From: Nemertoderma westbladi
Taxonomy: Eukaryota; Animalia; Xenacoelomorpha
Direction: 5' to 3'
Length of the DNA: 64,000 bases
NCBI GenBank assembly: GCA_032718475.1
Contig: JAUCBJ010009092.1
Location: 124,001 to 188,000 of the forward strand
The translations under genes were made by a program, and so were the position numbers. Positions within the stretch are counted from its first letter, which is position 1, and each line of letters starts with the position of its first letter. The notes beneath the pieces are model-generated. The model made no database searches and was not told the origin of the DNA. It saw nothing but the letters and a program-made list of their open reading frames with translations. This document shows, one piece after another, positions 45,201 through 56,000 of the stretch.

Positions 45201-48200
45201 CAGATCCTCCTGTACTTCCCACTCCGTCTCTCACACTCTCCACAGACCCTCCTGTACTTCCCACTCCGTCTCCCACACCCTCCACAGACCCTCCTGTACT
45301 TCCCACTCCGTCTCCCACACCCTCCACAGATCCTCCTGTACTTCCCACTCCGTCTCTCACACCTCCGCAGATCCTCCCGTACTTCCCACTCCGTCTCCCA
45401 CACCCTCCACAGACCCTCCCGTACTTCCCACTCCGTCTCCCACACCCTCCACAGACCCTCCTGTACTTCCCACTCCGTCTCCCACACCCTCCACAGATCA
45501 TCCTGTACTTCCCACTCCGTCTCCCACACCTCCACAGATCCTCCTGTACTTCCCACTCCGTCTCTCACACCTCCACAGATCCTCCTGTACTTCCCACTCC
45601 GTCTCCCACACCCTCCACAGATCATCCTGTATTTCCCACTCCGTCTCCCACACCTCCACAGATCCTCCTGTACTTCCCACTCCGTCTCCCACACCCTCCA
45701 CAGATCCTCCTGTACTTCCCACTCCGTCTCCCACACCCTCCACAGATCATCCTGTATTTCCCACTCCGTCTCCCACACCTCCACAGATCCTCCTGTACTT
45801 CCCACTCCGTCTCCCACACTCTCCACAGATCCTCCTGTACTTCCCACTCCGTCTCTCACACCTCCACAGATCCTCCTGTACTTCCCACTCCGTCTCCCAC
45901 ACTCTCCACAGACCCTCCTGTACTTCCCACTCCGTCTCCCACACCTCCACAGATCCTCCTGTACTTCCCACTCCGTCTCCCACACTCTCCACAGATCCTC
46001 CTGTACTTCCCACTCCGTCTCTCACACCTCCACAGATCCTCCTGTACTTCCCACTCCGTCTCCCACACCCTCCACAGATCCTCCTGTACTTCCCACTCCG
46101 TCTCCCACACCCTCCACAGATCATCCTGTATTTCCCACTCCGTCTCCCACACCTCCACAGATCCTCCTGTACTTCCCACTCCGTCTCTCACACCTCCACA
46201 GATCCTCCTGTACTTCCCACTCCGTCTCCCACACCCTCCACAGATCATCCTGTATTTCCCACTCCGTCTCCCACACCTCCACAGATCCTCCTGTACTTCC
46301 CACTCCGTCTCCCACACCCTCCACAGATCCTCCTGTACTTCCCACTCCGTCTCCCACACCCTCCACAGATCATCCTGTATTTCCCACTCCGTCTCCCACA
46401 CCTCCACAGATCCTCCTGTACTTCCCACTCCGTCTCCCACACCCTCCACAGATCCTCCTGTACTTCCCACTCCGTCTCCCACACCCTCCACAGATCATCC
46501 TGTATTTCCCACTCCGTCTCCCACACCTCCACAGACCCTCCTGTACTTCTCACACCGTCTCCCACACCCTCCACAGACCCTCCTGTACTTCCCAATCCGT
46601 CTCTCACACCTCCACAGACCCTCCTGTACTTCTCACTCCGTCTCCCACACCCTCCACAGACCCTCCTGTACTTCCCAATCCGTCTCTCACACCTCCACAG
46701 ACCCTCCTGTACTTCCCACTCCGTCTCTCACACTCTCCACAGACCCTCCTGTACTTCCCACTCCGTCTCCCACACCCTCCACAGACCCTCCTGTACTTCC
46801 CACTCCGTCTCCCACACCCTCCACAGATCATCCTGTATTTCCCACTCCGTCTCCCACACCTCCACAGATCCTCCTGTACTTCCCACTCCGTCTCTCACAC
46901 TCTCCACAGACCCTCCTGTACTTCCCACTCCGTCTCCCACACCCTCCACAGACCCTCCTGTACTTCCCACTCCGTCTCCCACACCCTCCACAGATCCTCC
47001 TGTACTTCCCACTCCGTCTCTCACACCTCCACAGATCCTCCCGTACTTCCCACTCCGTCTCCCACACCCTCCACAGACCCTCCCGTACTTCCCACTCCGT
47101 CTCCCACACCCTCCACAGACCCTCCTGTACTTCCCACTCCGTCTCCCACACCCTCCACAGATCATCCTGTACTTCCCACTCCGTCTCCCACACCTCCACA
47201 GATCCTCCTGTACTTCCCACTCCGTCTCCCACACCCTCCACAGATCATCCTGTACTTCCCACTCCGTCTCCCACACCCTCCACAGATCATCCTGTATTTC
47301 CCACTCCGTCTCCCACACCTCCACAGATCCTCCTGTACTTCCCACTCCGTCTCTCACACCTCCACAGATCCTCCTGTACTTCCCACTCCGTCTGCCACAC
47401 CTCCACAGATCCTCCTGTACTTCCCACTCCGTCTCCCACACCCTCCACAGATCCTCCTGTACTTCCCACTCCGTCTCTCACACCTCCACAGATCCTCCTG
47501 TACTTCCCAATCCGTCTCCCACACCCTCCACAGATCCTCCTGTACTTCCCACTCCGTCTCCCACACCCTCCACAGATCCTCCTGTACTTCCCACTCCGTC
47601 TCCCACACCTCCAGATCCTCCTATACTTCCCACTCCGTCTCCCACACCTCCACAGATCCTCGTGTACTTCCCACTCCGTCTCCCACACCCTCCACAGATC
47701 CTCCTGTACTTCCCACTCCGTCTCCCACACCTCCAGATCCTCCTATACTTCCCACTCCGTCTCCCACACCTCCACAGATCCTCGTGTACTTCCCACTCCG
47801 TCTCCCACACCCTCCACAGATCCTCGTGTACTTCCCACTCCGTCTCCCACACCTCCAGATCCTCCTATACTTCCCACTCCGTCTCCCACACCTCCACAGA
47901 TCCTCGTGTACTTCCCACTCCGTCTCCCACACCTCCAGATCCTCCTATACTTCCCACTCCGTCTCCCACACCTCCACAGATCCTCGTGTACTTCCCACTC
48001 CGTCTCCCACACCCTCCACAGATCCTCCTGTACTTCCCACTCCGTCTCCCACACCTCCAGATCCTCCTATACTTCCCACTCCGTCTCCCACACCTCCACA
48101 GATCCTCGTGTACTTCCCACTCCGTCTCCCACACCCTCCACAGATCCTCCTGTACTTCCCAATCCGTCTCCCACACCCTCCACAGACCCTCCTGTACTTC

Positions 48201-49032
48201 CCACTCCGTCTCCCACACCCTCCACAGATCCTCCTATACTTCCCACTCCGTCTCCCACACCTCCACAGATCCTCGTGTACTTCCCACTCCGTCTCCCACA
48301 CCCTCCACAGATCCTCCTGTACTTCCCACTCCGTCTCCCACACCTCCAGATCCTCCTATACTTCCCACTCCGTCTCCCACACCTCCACAGATCCTCGTGT
48401 ACTTCCCACTCCGTCTCCCACACCCTCCACAGATCCTCCTGTACTTCCCAATCCGTCTCCCACACCCTCCACAGACCCTCCTGTACTTCCCACTCCGTCT
48501 CCCACACCCTCCACAGATCCTCCTATACTTCCCACTCCGTCTCCCACACCTCCACAGATCCTCGTGTACTTCCCACTCCGTCTCCCACACCCTCCACAGA
48601 TCCTCCTGTACTTCCCACTCCGTCTCCCACACCTCCAGATCCTCCTGTACTTCCCACTCCGTCTCCCACACCCTCCACAGACCCTCCTGTACTTCCCAAT
48701 CCGTCTCCCACACCCTCCACAGACCTTCCTGTACTTCCCACTCCGTCTCTCACACCTCCACAGATCCTCCTGTATTTCCCACTCCGTCTCCCACACCCTC
48801 CACAGACCCTCCTGTACTTCCCACTCCGTCTCCCACACCCTCCACAGACCCTCCTGTACTTCTCACTCCGTCTCCCACACCCTCCACAGATCCTCCTGTA
48901 CTTCCCAATCCGTCTCCCACACCCTCCACAGACCCTCCTGTACTTCCCACTCCGTCTCCCACACTCTCCACAGACCCTCCTGTACTTCCCAATCCGTCTC
49001 TCACACCTCCACAGACCCTCCTGCACTTCCCT

Positions 49033-49715
49033 CCTGGCTGTGAAACATGGTTCGGCGGATCCCTAGCACCTATATCTAAAATATATATGTCCTTGGTTCG
49101 TTTATTATTAGGTGTACGACCAACCACATGCGGGGAATTATGCCTAATCGAACTCGACCTCCCAGAATTTGAGTCCCTAATTCGCGACAAACAGAGGAAG
49201 TATCTCATAAAACTTAAACCAGTCGATGATTCTCCCTTACAAGCTGCTCTGGAAATCGCTAGAGAAAATAACACTCCGATGTATTCTGAAATAGAACGCT
49301 CTAAATCAATTCCATTGAACTACATTAGAAATCAAAACGAATTACTTAAAGACCGTGTCTCTAAATCTAACACCACGAAACGGCATCTCTACAAGTTGAT
49401 GAATCCGACATTGTCACCGCCACCTCTTTACAACAACTGTAACGTTCCAGAACGTCACCGAATCGCGTGGTCCCGGTTTCGTCTGGGGAGCCATAACTTT
49501 CCAGTCGAAAAAATGAGATGGGCGAGAGTAAAACCTGAAAATCGAATGTGTGGATGCGGAGCAGTTCAGACGGAGGAACACATCATCACCGTGTGCCCAA
49601 AAACGGCGGAATCTAGATTATCGGTCAAAGGCAACTGGAACGATCTGACCTATTTGACATGGACGACCAAGTAAATGTAGCAAAAATGATTTACCAAATG
49701 GGGAATGATTATTGA
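49033..49715 (+). pseudogene. C-terminal fragment of LINE ORF2 (post-RT region plus CCHC zinc-knuckle-like domain), frameshifted near its end
   Basis: Open from PGCETWF to ...NWNDLT. The homologous tail [22 protein letters not shown] continues in another frame to TGA at 49713-49715 and aligns with copy B's [23 protein letters not shown]. No start codon, endonuclease or RT catalytic core is present. Confidence 0.88.
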
Positions 49716-49996
49716 ATTTTTCGCATTGATAATTTATTGATCTATTGTGATTTTTGAAAGACACTCACGAGGCGCTAGTTATTTGGGGATTAATTATTTA
49801 ATTCTATATCCTCACTTATTAACTTATTGTGCTATTTTAATGACATAATCTACTATGTACATACTCATCAGTCTCACACGGCCTATATACGAATGTATAA
49901 TTATTTATTTTACCCACGGTCCGCACTACATTGATCTTACGTTGCATTATGTTTGTATTGGTGTAATAATGTATATAAATGTATTACTGTGCTGAC

Positions 49997-50020
49997 AATA
50001 AACAATCAAATCAAATCAAA
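49997..50020 (+). terminator. Polyadenylation-signal-like AATAAA plus (AATCA)n microsatellite 3' tail of LINE copy A
   Basis: GACAATAAACAATCAAATCAAATCAAA lies directly before the satellite resumes. Short-tandem-repeat tails are typical of RTE/RTEX/CR1/L2-type LINEs. Confidence 0.8.
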
Positions 50021-53000
50021 TCCCACTCCGTCTCCCACACCCTCCACAGATCATCCTGCACTTCCCACTCCGTCTCCCACACTCTCCACAGACCCTCCTG
50101 CACTTCCCACTCCGTCTCCCACACCCTCCACAGATCATCCTGCACTTCCCACTCCGTCTCCCACACTCTCCACAGACCCTCCTGTACTTCCCAATCCGTC
50201 TCTCACACTCTCCACAGACCCTCCTGTACTTCCCACTCCGTCTCCCACACCCTCCACAGATCCTCCTGTACTTCCCACTCCGTCTCTCACACCTCCACAG
50301 ATCCTCCTGTACTTCCCAATCCGTCTCTCACACTCTCCACAGACCCTCCTGTACTTCCCACTCCGTCTCCCACACCCTCCACAGACCCTCCTGTACTTCC
50401 CACTCCGTCTCCCACACCCTCCACAGACCCTCCTGTACTTCCCACTCCGTCTCCCACACTCTCCACAGACCCTCCTGTACTTCCCAATCCGTCTCTCACA
50501 CTCTCCACAGACCCTCCTGTACTTCCCACTCCGTCTCCCACACCCTCCACAGACCCTCCTGTACTTCCCACTCCGTCTCCCACACTCTCCACAGACCCTC
50601 CTGTACTTCCCACTCCGTCTCCCACACCCTCCACAGACCCTCCTGTACTTCCCACTCCGTCTCCCACACCCTCCACAGACCCTCCTGTACTTCCCACTCC
50701 GTCTCCCACACTCTCCACAGACCCTCCTGTACTTCCCAATCCGTCTCTCACACTCTCCACAGACCCTCCTGTACTTCCCACTCCGTCTCCCACACCCTCC
50801 ACAGACCCTCCTGTACTTCCCACTCCGTCTCCCACACTCTCCACAGACCCTCCTGTACTTCCCAATCCGTCTCTCACACTCTCCACAGACCCTCCTGTAC
50901 TTCCCACTCCGTCTCCCACACCCTCCACAGACCCTCCTGTACTTCCCACTCCGTCTCCCACACTCTCCACAGACCCTCCTGTACTTCCCACTCCGTCTCC
51001 CACACCCTCCACAGACCCTCCTGTACTTCCCAATCCGTCTCCCACACCCTCCACAGATCCTCCTGTACTTCCCACTCCGTCTCCCACACCCTCCACAGAT
51101 CCTCCTGTACTTCCCACTCCGTCTCTCACACCTCCACAGATCCTCCTGTACTTCCCACTCCGTCTCCCACACCCTCCACAGATCCTCCTGTACTTCCCAC
51201 TCCGTCTCCCACACCCTCCACAGATCCTCCTGTACTTCCCACTCCGTCTCCCACACCTCCACAGATCCTCCTGTACTTCCCACTCCGTCTCCCACACTCT
51301 CCACAGATCCTCCTGTACTTCCCACTCCGTCTCCCACACCCTCCACAGATCCTCCTGTACTTCCCACTCCGTCTCCCACACCCTCCACAGACCCTCCTGT
51401 ACTTCCCACTCCGTCTCCCACACCCTCCACAGATCATCCTGTACTTCCCACTCCGTCTCCCACACCCTCCACAGACCCTCCTGTACTTCCCACTCCGTCT
51501 CCCACACCCTCCACAGACCCTCCTGTACTTCCCACTCCGTCTCCCACACCCTCCACAGATCCTCCTGTACTTCCCACTCCGTCTCCCACACCCTCCACAG
51601 ATCCTCCTGTACTTCCCACTCCGTCTCCCACACCCTCCACAGATCCTCCTGTACTTCCCACTCCGTCTCCCACACCCTCCACAGATCCTCCTGTACTTCC
51701 CACTCCGTCTCCCACACACTCCACAGATCCTCCTGTACTTCCCACTCCGTCTCCCACACCCTCCACAGATCCTCCTGTACTTCCCACTCCGTCTCCCACA
51801 CCCTCCACAGATCCTCCTGTACTTCCCACTCCGTCTCCCACACACTCCACAGATCCTCCTGTACTTCCCACTCCGTCTCCCACACCCTCCACAGATCCTC
51901 CTGTACTTCCCACTCCGTCTCCCACACCCTCCACAGATCCTCCTGTACTTCCCACTCCGTCTCCCACACCTCCACAGATCCTCCTGTACTTCCCACTCCG
52001 TCTCCCACACCTCCACAGATCCTCCTGTACTTCCCACTCCGTCTCCCACACCCTCCACAGATCCTCCTGTACTTCCCACTCCGTCTCCCACACACTCCAC
52101 AGATCCTCCTGTACTTCCCACTCCGTCTCCCACACCTCCACAGATCCTCCTGTACTTCCCACTCCGTCTCCCACACCCTCCACAGATCCTCCTGTACTTC
52201 CCACTCCGTCTCCCACACCCTCCACAGACCCTCCTGTACTTCCCACTCCGTCTCCCACACCCTCCACAGACCCTCCTGTACTTCCCACTCCGTCTCCCAC
52301 ACTCTCCACAGACCCTCCTGTACTTCCCACTCCGTCTCCCACACCTCCACAGATCCTCCTGTACTTCCCACTCCGTCTCCCACACCCTCCACAGATCATC
52401 CTGTACTTCCCACTCCGTCTCCCACACCCTCCACAGACCCTCCTGTACTTCCCACTCCGTCTCCCACACCCTCCACAGACCCTCCTGTACTTCCCACTCC
52501 GTCTCCCACACCCTCCACAGATCCTCCTGTACTTCCCACTCCGTCTCCCACACCCTCCACAGACCCTCCTGTACTTCCCACTCCGTCTCCCACACCCTCC
52601 ACAGATCCTCCTGTACTTCCCACTCCGTCTCCCACACCCTCCACAGACCCTCCTGTACTTCCCACTCCGTCTCCCACACCCTCCACAGACCCTCCTGTAC
52701 TTCCCACTCCGTCTCCCACACCCTCCACAGATCCTCCTGTACTTCCCACTCCGTCTCCCACACCCTCCACAGACCCTCCTGTACTTCCCACTCCGTCTCC
52801 CACACCCTCCACAGATCCTCCTGTACTTCTCACTCCGTCTCCCACACCCTCCACAGACCCTCCTGTACTTCCCACTCCGTCTCCCACACCCTCCACAGAT
52901 CCTCCTGTACTTCCCACTCCGTCTCCCACACCCTCCACAGATCCTCCTGTACTTCCCACTCCGTCTCCCACACCCTCCACAGATCCTCCTGTACTTCCCA

Positions 53001-56000
53001 CTCCGTCTCCCACACCCTCCACAGATCCTCCTGTACTTCCCACTCCGTCTCCCACACCCTCCACAGATCCTCCTGTACTTCCCACTCCGTCTCCCACACC
53101 CTCCACAGATCCTCCTGTACTTCCCACTCCGTCTCCCACACTCTCCACAGATCCTCCTGTACTTCCCACTCCGTCTCTCACACCTCCACAGATCCTCCTG
53201 TACTTCCCACTCCGTCTCCCACACCTCCACAGATCCTCCTGTACTTCCCACTCCGTCTCCCACACCCTCCACAGATCCTCCTGTACTTCCCACTCCGTCT
53301 CCCACACCCTCCACAGATCCTCCTGTACTTCCCAATCCGTCTCCCACACCCTCCACAGATCCTCCTGTACTTCCCACTCCGTCTCCCACACCCTCCACAG
53401 ACCCTCCTGTACTTCCCACTCCGTCTCCCACACCCTCCACAGATCCTCCTGTACTTCCCACTCCGTCTCCCACACCCTCCACAGACCCTCCTGTACTTCC
53501 CACTCCGTCTCCCACACCTCCACAGATCCTCCTGTACTTCCCACTCCGTCTCCCACACCCTCCACAGATCCTCCTGTACTTCCCAATCCGTCTCCCACAC
53601 CTCCACAGATCCTCCTGTACTTCCCACTCCGTCTCCCACACCCTCCACAGACCCTCCTGTACTTCCCACTCCGTCTCCCACACTCTCCACAGATCATCCT
53701 GTACTTCCCACTCCGTCTCCACACCTCCACAGATCCTCCTGTACTTCCCAGATCCTCCTGTACTTCCCACTCCGTCTCCCACACTCTCCACAGACCCTCC
53801 TGTACTTCCCACTCCGTCTCCCACACCCTCCACAGATCCTCCTGTACTTCCCAATCCGTCTCCCACACCCTCCACAGACCCTCCTGTACTTCCCACTCCG
53901 TCTCCCACACTCTCCACAGACCCTCCTGTACTTCCCACTCCGTCTCCCACACCCTCCACAGACCCTCCTGTACTTCCCACTCCGTCTCCCACACCCTCCA
54001 CAGATCATCCTGTACTTCCCACTCCGTCTCTCACACCTCCACAGATCCTCCTGTACTTCCCAATCCGTCTCCCACACCCTCAACAGATCCTCCTGTACTT
54101 CCCAATCCGTCTCCCACACCCTCCACAGACCCTCCTGTACTTCCCACTCCGTCTCCCACACTCTCCACAGACCCTCCTGTACTTCCCACTCCGTCTCCCA
54201 CACCCTCCACAGATCCTCCTGTACTTCCCACTCCGTCTCTCACACCTCCACAGATCCTCCTGTACTTCCCACTCCGTCTCCCACACCCTCCACAGATCCT
54301 CCTGTACTTCCCACTCCGTCTCCCACACCCTCCACAGACCCTCCTGTACTTCCCACTCCGTATCCCACACCCTCCACAGACCTTCCTGTACTTCCCACTC
54401 CGTCTCCCACACCCTCCACAGATCCTCCTGTACTTCCCAATCCGTCTCCCACACCCTCCACAGATCCTCGTGTACTTCCCACTCCGTCTCCCACACCCTC
54501 CACAGACCTTCCTGTACTTCCCACTCCGTCTCCCACACCCTCCACAGACCTTCCTGTACTTCCCACTCCGTATCCCACACCCTCCACAGACCTTCCTGTA
54601 CTTCCCACTCCGTATCCCACACCCTCCACAGACCTTCCTGTACTTCCCACTCCGTCTCCCACACCCTCCACAGATCCTCGTGTACTTCCCACTCCGTCTC
54701 CCACACCCTCCACAGATCCTCCTGTACTTCCCAATCCGTCTCCCACACCCTCCACAGATCCTCGTGTACTTCCCACTCCGTCTCCCACACCCTCCACAGA
54801 CCTTCCTGTACTTCCCACTCCGTCTCCCACACCCTCCACAGACCTTCCTGTACTTCCCACTCCGTCTCCCACACCCTCCACAGATCATCCTGCACTTCCC
54901 ACTCCGTCTCCCACACCCTCCACAGACCCTCCTGTACTTCCCACTCCGTCTCCCACACCCTCCACAGATCCTCCTGTACTTCCCACTCCGTATCCCACAC
55001 CCTCCACAGATCATCCTGTACTTCCCACTCCGTCTCCCACACCCTCCACAGACCCTCCTGTACTTCCAACTCCGTCTCCCACACCCTCCACAGACCCTCC
55101 TGTACTTCCCACTCCGTCTCCCACTCCCTCCACAGATCATCCTGTACTTCCCACTCCGCCTCCCACACCCTCCACAGACCCTCCTGTACTTCCCACTCCG
55201 TCTCCCACACCCTCCACAGATCATCCTGTACTTCCCACTCCGTCTCCCACACCCCCCACAGACCCTCCTGTACTTCCCACTCCGTCTCCCACACCCTCCA
55301 CAGACCCTCCTGTACTTCCCACTCCGTCTCCCACACCCTCCACAGATCATCCTGTACTTCCCACTCCGTCTCCCACACCCTCCACAGACCCTCCTGTACT
55401 TCCCACTCCGTCTCCCACACCCTCCACAGACCCTCCTGTACTTCCCACTCTGTCTCCCACACCCTCCATAGATCCTCCTGTACTTCCCACTCCGTCTCCC
55501 ACACCCTCCACAGATCCTCCTGTACTTCCCACTCCGTCTCCCACACCCTCCACAGATCATCCTGTACTTCCCACTCCGTCTCCCACACCCTCCACAGATC
55601 ATCCTGTACTTCCCACTCCGTCTCCCACACCCTCCACAGACCTTCCTGTTCTTCCCACTCCGTCTCCCACACCCTCCACAGATCCTCCCGTACTTCCTAC
55701 TCCGTCTCCCACACCCTCCACAGATCCTCCTGTACTTCCCAATCCGTCTCCCACACCCTCCACAGATCCTCCTGTACTTCCCACTCCGTCTCCCACACCC
55801 TCCACTGATCCTCCTGTACTTCCCACTCCGTCTCCCATACCCTCCACAGATCCTCCTGTACTTCCCAACCCGTCTCCCACACCCTCCACAGATCCTCCTG
55901 TACTTCCCAATCCGTCTCCCACACCTCCACAGATCCTCGTGTACTTCCCACTCCGTCTCCCACACCCTCCACAGATCCTCCTGTACTTCCCACTCCGTCT

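Larger units (their letters stand above)
1..49031 (+). repeat. 42-bp tandem satellite array, segment 1 (continues beyond the left edge of the window)
   Basis: Continuous head-to-tail copies of GTACTTCCCACTCCGTCTCCCACACCCTCCACAGATCCTCCT. Recurrent variants include GATC/GACC, CACT/CAAT, GATCAT, GACCTT, TCAACA, ACTCTCC and 1-bp-deleted CACACCTCC monomers. Interrupted only by two N gaps. Confidence 0.99.
49032..50020 (+). mobile_element. 5'-truncated non-LTR retrotransposon (LINE) 3' end, copy A; RTEX-like clade assignment tentative
   Basis: Unique ~990-bp sequence interrupting one monomer (...CTGCACTTCCC | insert | TCCCACTCCG..., 4-bp TCCC overlap). It encodes GCETW (end of the RT domain, cf. 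LYGCEtW), [14 protein letters not shown] and CGC-x7-H-x4-CP. An AT-rich 3' UTR, AATAAA and an (AATCA)n tail follow. Confidence 0.9.

Noticed and set aside
47662-49674. Satellite-LINE fusion protein (670-aa ORF)
   Set aside because: The in-frame join is expected by chance because all frames of the satellite are open. There is no evidence of a promoter, a true start or selection.
49953-55808. 1951-aa and 1830-aa ORFs starting in the LINE A 3' UTR
   Set aside because: These are chance start codons in AT-rich UTR reading into stop-free satellite, with many internal frame switches.
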